A DNA stretch of 64,000 bases, taken from positions 32,001 to 96,000 of the forward strand of contig CBDDBZ010000031.1 in the NCBI GenBank assembly GCA_965225945.1, read 5' to 3'. Below are positions 54,811 through 64,000 of the stretch, piece by piece (within the stretch, counting starts at the first letter, position 1; each line of letters starts with the position of its first letter). Source of the DNA: Alphaproteobacteria bacterium (lineage in GTDB: Bacteria; Pseudomonadota; Alphaproteobacteria; GCA-2731375). Made by a program: the position numbers and the translations under genes. Under the pieces are notes generated by a model. It ran no database searches. It was not told the DNA's origin and was given only the letters and a program-made list of their open reading frames with translations.

Positions 54811-55150
54811 CTATCCGCACCGCTGGAAACAGTAGAGATGAGCCAGGTTGTCGCAGGTTGGCGACCCACTCTTACCTATCCATACCTGCGTCAGCGCGAA
54901 AGCCGAGCCACGCAACCCGTCAGAGGCCGCGGTTCCGTCCGTCCAGTCGTTGCACGCGTTCCCAAAATAGGTGCCGGGGGTCAGGCCAAGACCATTCGCG
55001 CCGATTGTACCGGTCCAGACCTCGTCCGTCCCAGCGAAGCCGAAGCCGAATTCGTCCCGATCGATGGAATCGAAGAGCAGCGTGGCACCGAACAGCCCGG
55101 CCTTGTCATCCGCCAACGGTACGCCATCGGAGCGAATATATCCGTCTAGA
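54811..55150 (-). pseudogene. 3' fragment of a DUF1554/endostatin-like Cys-rich secreted protein
   Basis: YIRSDG.PLADD...VWTGT...CNDWT...G..G...W...TCD...LYCFQ; no 5' end. Confidence 0.7.
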
Positions 55151-55558
55151 TTCTCGGGCAGGCCGGAGGAATCGATCGCCGCGATGGATAATGCGCTCAG
55201 GCTCAGCCCGCATGACCCCTACCATTGGATTTTCCTGACGATACGGGCGGGGGCCCTCGCGATTGCGAAGCGCCATGACGAGGCCCTGGCGAGCGCCAAT
55301 GAGGCGGTGCGGCATCCCGGCGCCAAGCTGACGGCCGTCGTGATACAAGCGGGATGTCTGGCACTCGTCGGGCAACCCCAGGAAGCGCGCGCGGCATTGG
55401 ACAGGGCGCGCCAGTTCAAGCCGGACCTCTCGGCGGACTATCTCAAAATAATCTGGCCCATGAAGAACCCGCACGAATTCGACTATATTATCGACGGCCT
55501 CCGCGACCTCGGCCTGCCGGAGGGCGACGACGTTCGCGACGGGGCCTGCTCAGCATAG
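55151..55558 (+). pseudogene. 3' fragment of a TolB-TPR regulator, paralog of 62683-63031
   Basis: GRPEESIAAMDNALRLSPHDPYHWIFLT...IDGLRDLGLPE closely matches the later copy; no 5' end. Confidence 0.85.
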
Positions 55559-55583
55559 GACCAGCCCGCCGCTGCCCAAGCCC

Positions 55584-55684
55584 TTGCTCCGCCCCCTGTA
55601 CGATTGTTTCACAGGGAGCTTAACAGGCCGGATTTGACGGATGCCAAGCCGCTACTTGACGAACTCTCTTGGGCCCGTTTCTGA
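55584..55684 (+). pseudogene. Degraded relic of a cyclase/ATPase-TPR C-terminus
   Basis: LLRPLYDCFT plus shifted-frame RPDLTDAKPLLDEL resembles the family end motif LL.P.Y.WFTEGF.T.DL..AK.LLDEL. Confidence 0.5.
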
Positions 55685-56548
55685 TGCGGTGGACGGCTCC
55701 CGCCTCCGGCATCATAACACGTAACATTGCGGTTGCTGTTGACGGATCGCCAATGGAGAGTGGCCCATATTTTAGTTAATATGAATGTCAAGTCTTGACC
55801 CAAATGAGACCTCGTGGAGGGTTACACGACCATTGACCGGGAGACAAATGGTGGCGTTCGATGATTGCGCAAGGCCGGTCTTGGCCCAAGGTCTGGGTGC
55901 GGCGGTCTTCGCTGGCGTTGGCGCGGAAATAGCCGGGGGAAGCTATGTGCCTCCACCCGGCTATCGGCCGGCGGCGGGACCGGTCAGGAGGCAGCCTGGA
56001 GCCCGCCCCCGCGCCGACCGTCGATGGTCTCCGCTCAGCCCCGCGCCGCCTGGGCGACCTGGGTGAGCAGGGCGTTGATCGTGGCTTGCAGATCGCAATC
56101 GCGGATCCAGTCGTTTTTGTCCGCGGCGTCGGCGTCGGCACAGCCGTTGAACTTGCCCAAGAGGCCGTTGCCGGTGAGCAGGCTGACCGCGTCGTAATCG
56201 CCGGCTTCAAGGCGCTGTAACACCTTGCCGAGCTTATAGGTCAACCGCTTGACCTTCTTCGGGTTGGTGAACAAAGCCACATCCGCGTTGGCGATCAGAT
56301 CGATGGCCTCGATCAGCGGCGCGGTGATGGCATCGGTGTCGGAGAGTACGGCTTCGATGGTGACCATTGCCGGCGCGCTGGCGAGGTTGCCGTCAAAGAC
56401 CACCAAGCTGGCCTGATAGCTGCCGGGCTGGTCGGGGACGAAGCTGGGGCTCGCCGCGCCAGGGTGGTCGAGGGACGAGACACTGGCCTCGGGCACGGTG
56501 CCGAGGGTCCAGTTGTAGCTCAAGTCATCGCCATTGGCGTCACTGCTG

Positions 56549-57888
56549 GATTGAGCAACCTGATGTGTGGAAATTCGGAACGCCGTTGATCAGTCATCCT
56601 CTGCTTTCCAAGTGATGTAGGGTTTTTCGGTGGTTTCCCATTTCTCGTCGATTTCGACGAGGATGGCGGTGACCAGACGTTCGAGCGAGGCCTCGTTGGG
56701 AAAGACCCTGACCTTTACGGTGCGGCGCTTGATCTCCTGCTGGATGGATCGCTCCATGGGGTTCGAGGTTCGCATGCGCTTTTGGTGGCGCTCGGGCAGG
56801 GCGAAGACGGCGAGGCCCTCGGGGATCGCCGTCTCCAGCCAATCGGCGAGCTTGGGGGCGCTGTCGCGGTAGGCCGCCACCAGATGGCCCAGCTCGGCCT
56901 CGGCGGCCTTGCCGTCGGCGGCATTCCAGACCCGGCGCAGCTCCTTGCCGATGGCCTTTCGGATGGCGAGGTTGGGGGCGTGATGGATGGCGTTTTGAGC
57001 CAGATGGTACTGACAGCGCTGCCAGACGGCGCCGCCGAGGACGGCCTTGCGCGCGGCGCCGAGGCCTGGATGATCATCGGAAACGATATAGGCGACACCG
57101 CGCATGCCACCGGCAACCAGGGTCTCCAGGAAGGCGCGCCAGTGCACTTCGGCCTCGGAGAGCGCACAGGAAACACCGAGCACCCGGCGGCGCTGGTCGG
57201 GGCCGATGCCGATCACCGAGAGCACGGCGGCGTCGCGCACCACGCCACCCTCTCGGACTTTCTCATAGCGCGCGTCGAGGAGCAGGTAGCGGATCTCGCC
57301 CAGCGGCCGGTTGCGCCAGGCATCCAGCTCCCCATCCAAGAGCTTGGCGGCGCGGCTGACCTGGCTCGACGACAGGCTCTCCAGGCCGAACTCGCGCATC
57401 ACCGCCTCGGCGTCACGGGTGGAGACGCCTTTGATATACATCTCCGCCACGGCCAGCATGACAGCGCGGCAGGAGCGCCGTCCGCGCTCCAGGGCTTGGG
57501 GGTAAAAAGGCGCCTCATGACCGGCGGTCTTGGGAACCTCGAGCCTCACCGTACCGGCCGGGGTGTCGATCTTCTTGGGTCTGGTGCCGTTGGCGTATCC
57601 CCGCCGCTCGGGCGTGCGCTCATAGTGGCCGGCGCCCAAGAACCTCTCCCGCTCGATCCGCATGGCGAGATTGAAAAGGCCGGCGAAGACCGTCGCCATG
57701 TTCTCGCTACCGCCTTCGATCAATTGTTCCACCAAAGCCTCGACAGCGCTATCCTGGTCTTTCCGCATACTGGTTCTCCATGTTTGTTTGGACGCTTTCA
57801 TGGATAACCAAAATGACGGATCGCCCCGCGCCGGGGTATACCCCGGCGCGGGGCGAAGCCAAATTTCCAGACCTCACGCTACACAAGC
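56549..57888 (-). mobile_element. IS256 family element copy 2 (1340 bp)
   Basis: Same ends and body as copy 1 (one substitution noticed by eye); flanks CACTGCTG and CACTGC(GCGC)TG. Confidence 0.94.
56590..57801 (-). CDS. IS256 family transposase (copy 2)
   Basis: 403-aa ORF with the DDE/Mutator motifs of copy 1. Confidence 0.95.
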   Translation of the reverse strand: MKASKQTWRTSMRKDQDSAVEALVEQLIEGGSENMATVFAGLFNLAMRIERERFLGAGHYERTPERRGYANGTRPKKIDTPAGTVRLEVPKTAGHEAPFYPQALERGRRSCRAVMLAVAEMYIKGVSTRDAEAVMREFGLESLSSSQVSRAAKLLDGELDAWRNRPLGEIRYLLLDARYEKVREGGVVRDAAVLSVIGIGPDQRRRVLGVSCALSEAEVHWRAFLETLVAGGMRGVAYIVSDDHPGLGAARKAVLGGAVWQRCQYHLAQNAIHHAPNLAIRKAIGKELRRVWNAADGKAAEAELGHLVAAYRDSAPKLADWLETAIPEGLAVFALPERHQKRMRTSNPMERSIQQEIKRRTVKVRVFPNEASLERLVTAILVEIDEKWETTEKPYITWKAEDD

Positions 57889-60800
57889 CACTGCGCGCTG
57901 GCGGAGCCGTCGAGGGTAACCGTCTTGCCGACCGTCACCACCAATTTGTCCGCCGTCGCGTCGGCCACCGGCGCCAGGTTGAGGGTGCTGACCGTGACGG
58001 TGTCCAACTCACTGGCGCCGCCCAGGGCGTCAAAGACCTGCAGAGTGATGACATAATCACCGTAGGCGTCGATGGTGATGCTGGGCGTTGCCGAGCCGTT
58101 ATCGACCAGGGTGGCGGTGCTGCCGTCCGGTTGTTGGCTCAGCGACCAGGCGTAGGTGATGGCGTCGCCGTCATCATCGTAGCTTCCCGCGCCGTCCAGG
58201 TTCACCAGTTCGCCGAGGGAGGTGGCTTGATGGTCGGCGCCGGCATCGGCCACCGGGGCGGTGTTGTTGGTCGAGATGACAACCTCGTTCGGCGCGCTGG
58301 CATTGCCGGTGTCGGTGTCGGTGACCACCAGCGCGACGCGGTAGTCGCCGGCCACATCGGCGATAAAGGTCGGGTTGGCCGCCACCGGGTTGTCCAGAAC
58401 CGCCTGGCTACCGTCGGGCTTCGACGTAAAGCTCCAGTCATAGATCAGGATCGGGTCGGCATTGCCGGTGGTCGAGCCGCTGCCCATCAACATGACCACT
58501 TCGCCCTGGTGCACGGTCTGGTCGTCGCCGGCGTTGGCGATCGGGGCGTCGATGATCTCGATCGTGACGGTCGCCGGTTTGCTGGTTTTTTCGGTGTTGT
58601 CGGTCAGCACGTAGGTAAAGCTGTCGCCGCCGTGGAAATCGGAGTTTGGCGTGTAGGTGACGACGCCATCCACCAGTGACACCGTGGCCTGGCCGGAAGC
58701 CGGGTTGCTCAATTCGAGGGTCAGGTTCTCATTTGCGGTATCGAAGTCGAAATCATTGGCCAGCAGATCGGCGACGGGAATTTGTAGCGCCGCGCCGAGC
58801 AACCGCCGCACCACGTCATTCGTGGCCACGGGGCGTTGATTTGGCAGCCCGGCATTGTAGTGGGCTGTAACGTCTTCTTGTGTAAGAATACGGTCATACG
58901 CGGCAATGAGATACACGCTGCCGCCGAACGGCGTTGGTGGTTCACCATCGCTATGCGTAACCCGGCCAAATCGTGCCACACTGAGAGGATGCGACACCTT
59001 CAGCGGAATATCTTCCGGCCGTACAAACTTGCCAAAATCAGTAGAACTGAAAAATCGTTGACCATCGATAAATACCTCATAAAAGGTTTCAACCCCGATG
59101 TTGAAGACAACATGATGAAGCTTCTTTACGGGAAAGCCTGTCACCTCTAGGTCTGTGAATATATGATTACGACAGCCGGTCTCCGTCGTCCATGTGTGTT
59201 GAAGATTAAAGCTTTGCCGACCCGTAAACAGCCCATCAAATTGCCCACATAAATAGATGTTCGCGACACTGAAATAGGCTACCGGGCCTTCGGTAAAATC
59301 GGGTTCGAAGTCATTGACGATCCACATCTCGATCGACCATGCGGTCAGACCGTTATACAGCAGCCGATGCGTTCCAACATCGCCCCGCAGCGCCTCCGTT
59401 TCGGCGTTGGCCGTGATTTGCATGCCGGTGGAGCTTTCGTACCACCGGACGGCGGCCGGGTTCATTCTGAGATCGTAATCGGCGCTGAAAGCGTCGGCGG
59501 CGACTGGTCCCACCCCTGATTCGAAGGTGTACAAGTTGATCAGGCCATTTGTCTTTCGGGTCTCAAAGGAGCCGTCCCCGTGCATGTGTTGGCGCACCTG
59601 ACACGGGTCCGAGGGGTCATCGCAGTTGGTTGACGACGATTTATCATGTGTGGCCAATGCCGGCCCGGCCAAGAACGAAACCATCACCGCGGTAGTGAGA
59701 AATTTTACGGTCTTGATAAACATAGCTGCCCCCTGCTTTCACGATTGCCGGGGTGGAGGATTCCGCCTCGACGTCGGATGACAGGATGGCGGGCAGGCGT
59801 TAAATCAGCCGAAGCTCGGGCGTTATCCAAACGTGAAAAATGGACCCGAGGCGTGAAAAATGGGGCTCGGGTCGAAGCGCCGACGGCAGCCGGCGGGGGC
59901 CGTCCGAAGTCGAGGCCCGGGGAATTTTCACTTTGTCGCTAATGTTCAGGTTATCGGGCATGATGTCGCCCATGGCTCGAACAACACTGACACTGCTCGG
60001 CGGCTTCCGCCTGTCGATCGATGGTGAAGCGGTCGCCCTGCCGACCCGCAAGGCCGAGGCGTTGCTGGCCTTTCTGGCGCTCAGGCCGGATGAGCGCCAC
60101 GGGCGCGACACAGCTGGCGGCGCTCCTCTGGGTCCAGCAGACCGACGCGCAGGCCCGGCTCAACCTGCGCCAATGCCTCGCCAGCCTGCGCAAGGCCATG
60201 GGCGCCGCCGCGGCAACGGTCATCGATGCGGACCAGGCAAGCATCATGTTGCGCGGGGACGCGATCGACGTCGATGTCGGTACGCTCGGGCAATTGGCGA
60301 AGGGGCGGGCGACGCCAGCGCTGGCCGAGGCGGCCGGGTGCTGCAAGGGCGAACTCCTGGCGGGTCTCAATCTGCGCGAAGAAGGCTTCGAGGACTGGCT
60401 GAGCCTGGAACGGCGGACGGCGCGCAGGCTGCAGGCCGACGTGCTGCGGCGCCTTGCCGAAGACCGGCTCGCGGACGGTGACGGCGAGGCAGCGGCAGCG
60501 GCGGCGGAACAGCTGGCGCGTCTGGAGCCGCTCGACGAGCAAGCCCAGCGCTTGACCATGCGCGCCCTTGCCGCGGCCGGGCGGCGCAGCGCCGCGCTGA
60601 CCCACTATCAGGCTTCCAAGGCGCTGCTGGAGCGCGAGCTCGGCGTCCAGCCGGAGGCCGAGACGACGGCGCTTCTGGAGGCGATCAAGGCCGCCGAGGA
60701 CGGTGGCGGGGCCGTGCCCCAAGCCCTTGCCGAGGCCACGCCGGCCGCACCCCTAAATTCACCTGAGACGCCGCCAGACCGGCCGGCGATCGCGGTGCTG

Positions 60801-61035
60801 CCCTTCACCAACATGAGCGGCGATCCCGAGCAGGAATATTTCGCCGATGGTATCGTCGAGGATCTCATCACCGCCTTGTCGAGGTATCGCTGGTTTCCCG
60901 TGGTCGCGCGAAACTCCACCTTCACTTATAAGGGCCGCGCCGTCGATGTCGCCGAAGTCGGCCGCGAACTTGGGGCCCGCTACGTGGTCGAGGGCAGTGT
61001 GCGCAAGGGCGGGGATCAGGTCCGCATCACGGTAC

Positions 61036-62113
61036 CGTCCCTATCTGGTTAAAGCAGGATGGGCTCCGAATGTTCTTGATATGTTCTCCATAGAGGTGTA
61101 GGCTGATCGCATCGGCTGGAGCTTTTGGAGGACTATTCGATGAGCGGGATATTGGAGTTCCTCGAACGCCATGGATCGGAGGCGGACTGCATCGAGGCGC
61201 TGGCTCGGCTGCGCTGGCCGCAAGGCTACGTCTGCGCGCGTTGCGGCGAGAGGCGGAACTACCAATTGAAGACGCGGCCGCGGGTCTTCGAATGCGCCGG
61301 TTGCGGCCATCAGGAATCGGTGACCGCGGGCACGGTCTTCCACCGCACCCGCACACCGTTGCGCAAATGGTTCCTGGCGGCGTGGTGGATGGGGCGCGAC
61401 AAGCGCGGGGTCTCGGCGCTGTTTCTGTCGCGAGAGTTGAGCCTGCGCTACGACACCGCCTGGCTGATGGCCCACAAGCTGCGCCATGCCCTGACGGAGC
61501 GCCCGGAGTTCCCGCTGGAGGGCTTGGTCGAGGTCGACGAGAGCTATTACGGCGGGCGGGGCAAGCCGGAGAGCCGGGGGCGCGGGCTTTCCAACCCGAA
61601 CAAGAGCCTGTTGGTGATGGCGGTCAAGAAGTGGCCGGTCGGGTCGGGCAAGGGCATCAAGGGGAGCGGCTTCGCCGCCGGCGCCGCGCGGCTCGCCATC
61701 CTGCCCGAGGCCACCGCCCGTGAGTTGGGCGACTTCGTGCGCGCCTCGGTGAAGCCGGGAAGCCGCCTCGACAGCGACGCTTTCAAGAGTTACGCCAAGC
61801 TTGGCGATACTTATCGCCACCAGCCCGTCGTTCAAGGCCAAGGCAAGAACGCCGAGCAGCTCATGCCGGTCGTCCATGTCCTGTTTTCCAACGTGAAGAC
61901 GTGGCTCAACGGAACCTACCACGGGGTGAGCGCCAAGCATTTGCCGCGCTACGTCCGGGAATGGAACTACCGCTTCAACCGGCGCAAACGCATCTTCGAC
62001 CTTGCCGATTTCGTGTTGCACCGCGCCATGACCCGACCGACCATCACCTAAAGGGAACTGGTCGACGGTATACAATCGCAGGGAGCGCTGCCTGCCTTAA
62101 CCGGATAGGGACG
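61036..62113 (+). mobile_element. IS1595 family element
   Basis: TIRs CGTCCCTATC[TC]GGTTAA[AG]GCAGG (21/23); TSD CACGGTAC at 61028-61035 and 62114-62121. Confidence 0.94.
61140..62051 (+). CDS. IS1595 family transposase (possibly premature TAA near C-terminus)
   Basis: CARCG, CAGC, VEVDESYYGG, DSDAFKSY, GTYHGVS.KHLPRY..E..YRFNRR; frame stays open after PTIT* to a TAG in the right TIR. Confidence 0.93.
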   Translation: MSGILEFLERHGSEADCIEALARLRWPQGYVCARCGERRNYQLKTRPRVFECAGCGHQESVTAGTVFHRTRTPLRKWFLAAWWMGRDKRGVSALFLSRELSLRYDTAWLMAHKLRHALTERPEFPLEGLVEVDESYYGGRGKPESRGRGLSNPNKSLLVMAVKKWPVGSGKGIKGSGFAAGAARLAILPEATARELGDFVRASVKPGSRLDSDAFKSYAKLGDTYRHQPVVQGQGKNAEQLMPVVHVLFSNVKTWLNGTYHGVSAKHLPRYVREWNYRFNRRKRIFDLADFVLHRAMTRPTIT

Positions 62114-63031
62114 CACGGTACAGTTGATCGACGCGGAGAGCGCCAACCACATCTGGGCGGAGCGCCATGATCGCCCGCTGGACGCCATTTTCGCGGTCCA
62201 GGACGAGATCACCGAAGCCATTGTCGCGGCCATCGAGCCCGAGCTCGCCCGCACCGAACGCGCGCGGGCCAAACGCAAGCCGCCCGATCTCTTGGATGCC
62301 TGGGATTGCTATCACCGGGGCCTCTGGCATCTTTATCAGTTCACAAAGGAAAGCAATATCAGGGCGCAACAGCTGATGCGCCAGGCGATGGAGATGGATC
62401 CCGGCTTCGCGCTTGCCTCCGCTGGGCTGGCGGACGCGCTGTACATGGGCGTGATGCACGGCTATTCGGAGGCGCCCGAACAATCCACGAGCGATGCCTT
62501 TGAAGCGGCACGGCGGGGTCTTACCCTCGACGACAAGCACGCCGGCGCACATTTTTCCCTGGGCCGGATCTACAACCTCAAGCGCGAGCACGACGCCGCC
62601 ATCGCCGAGTTGCAGACGGCGGTTGCCTTGAATCCCAGTTTCGCCGACGCCTATTACGGACTGAGTATGTCGCTGCTCTACGCGGGCAGGCCGGAGGAAT
62701 CGATCGTCGCCATGGATAATGCGCTGAGGCTCAGCCCGCATGATCCCTACCATTGGATTTTCCTGACGCTACGGGCGGGGGCCCTCGCGATTGCGAAGCG
62801 TCATGGGGAGGCCGTGGAGAACGCCAATGAGGCGGCGCGCCATCCGGGCGCCAAGTTGACAGCCTTCGCGGTGCAAGCGGGATGTCTGGCTCTCGTTGGG
62901 CGCCCAGGGGAAGCGCGCGCGGCATTGGACAGGGCGCGCCAATTCAAGCCGAACCTCTCGGCGGACTATCTCAGAATAATCTGGCCCTTCAAGAACCCAC
63001 GCGATTTCGACTATTTCATCGACGGCCTCCG

Positions 63032-64000
63032 TGTGGCTCCTCAGAACCCCATCTGCCGCAGAAATCATAGCGTTTCCGGCCACTGCCGACTACCGTCGTC
63101 GGCATGCAAGCGACCATCATGATTCTCTCCACCACGCTGCGCGAGACCTTCCTCAGCCGCGCGTCGCTACACCTGCAAAACCTCGCCCTCCGCCAGCAGG
63201 TGGCAATCCTGAAGCGGGAAAGGCGACGGCCGCGGCTCCAGACGCTCGGCCGCTTGTTCTGGGTCATCCTTTCCCGCCTTTGGCCGCGCTGGCGCGAGGT
63301 GCTGGTGATCGTAAGGCCGGAAACCGTCTTCGGCTGGCACCGCAGGGGATTTCGTGCATTCTGGACCTGGAAATCCAGGCGCGGCAAACCAGGACGGCCT
63401 CCGGTGCCCAAGGATGTCCGCGAACTCATCCGTCGAATGTGTCGGGAGAACCCCTTGTGGGGCGCTCCTCGCATCCACGGCGAACTCATGAAGCTGGGAA
63501 TCGAGGCATCGGAGGCGACGGTATCGAGGTACATGGTGCGGCATCGGAAGCCACCGTCGCAGACGTGGCGGACGTTCCTCGACAACCACGTCGGCTGCCT
63601 CGTCTCGGCCGATTTCTTTGTGGTGCCGACGGCCACGTTCGCCGTTCTGTTCGTCTTCATCGTGCTACGCCACGAACGGCGGCGCATCGAGCACGTCGGT
63701 GTTACAGCACACCCGACCACGGCGTGGGTGGCGCAGCAGATCCGCGAGGTTTTTCCGTGGGACACGGCACCACGGTATATCATGCGTGATCGGGACGGGG
63801 CGTACGGTCAGGAGTTTCGGGAGCGGTTGAAGGCGATGGGCATCGAGGAGGTTGTGACGGCGCCGCGAAGCCCATGGCAAAATCCGTTCGTCGAAAGGGC
63901 AATCGGCTCGATCAGGCGAGATTGTCTGGACCACGTCATTGTTCTCAACGAGCGCCATCTCCGACAGATTCTTTGTTCCTACCTCGCCTACTACCACGGG
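63032..64000 (+). mobile_element. rve integrase-core (IS3/IS481-like) element; transposase starts at 63104 and runs off the window
   Basis: TGTGG start; hand translation NLALRQQ...VRPETV..WHR...ENPLWGAPRIHGEL...ADFF...RDRD..YG...SPWQN..VER.IGSIRRDCLDH. Confidence 0.88.

Larger units (their letters stand above)
56035..59723 (-). pseudogene. Secreted LamG-like / Ig-like / PKD-repeat protein split by IS256 copy 2
   Basis: Signal peptide, WSIEMW...HHVV...FIDG...YDRILT LamG-like core, PVATND Ig-like unit, APIANAG/PVADAG PKD repeats; LDGSAS|SDANGDDLSYNW continues at 56548 after the IS. Confidence 0.85.
59972..63031 (+). pseudogene. SARP/BTAD-TolB-like-TPR transcriptional regulator, broken three times
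   Basis: LLGGFRL...RKAEALLAFLAL; frameshift near 60110; FEDWL..ER, EPLDE.A.R..MRA, AVLPFTNMSGDPEQEYFADG; IS1595 in RITV|QLIDA; truncated at IDGLR by rve-type element. Confidence 0.9.

Noticed and set aside
54971-55558. 195-aa ORF as an intact TPR gene
   Set aside because: Its first ~60 codons are the antisense of the DUF1554-like fragment; chimeric across a deletion junction.
55151-63031. Repeat pair 55155-55503 / 62683-63031 as a DGR template/variable region
   Set aside because: Differences include many C/T and C/G synonymous changes rather than adenine-specific ones, and no reverse transcriptase is present; ordinary paralogy.

Overview
GC-rich alphaproteobacterial (Rhodospirillales-like, by gene order) chromosome segment. 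Bases 1-28.3 kb are ordinary core genes: cmk end, rpsA, sppA, ihfB, lapA-like, pyrF, trpFBA, accD, folC, trxA, addAB, murU-like, XRE regulator, bamD, recN, ligA, fumC, RHH, asmA-like. From about 28.4 kb the window is mostly accessory and heavily eroded. It holds ten IS elements or remnants (IS1595 x2, one carrying passenger genes; IS66 x2; IS21; IS256 x4; one rve-type element), several nested, most with readable terminal repeats and 8-bp target duplications. It also holds several broken cyclase/BTAD-TolB-TPR genes, an RloA/RloB (AbiL-like) pair, asd and a small catabolic cluster. The strongest candidate for an undescribed system is at 45.95-53.2 kb: four degenerate direct repeats with a conserved 116-117 bp core (small hairpin, doubled TCACAAA(A)C box, IHF-like site). 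One repeat is only visible after mentally excising two nested IS256 elements. Each repeat pair brackets one unrelated gene: a DUF3303-like protein, an SDR-adenylate cyclase fusion and a four-winged-helix protein. This looks like an integron-like cassette array that does not use attC sites, but no recombinase is visible in the window, so the mechanism is inference. All calls come from reading motifs by eye; no database search was run and some start codons are uncertain.
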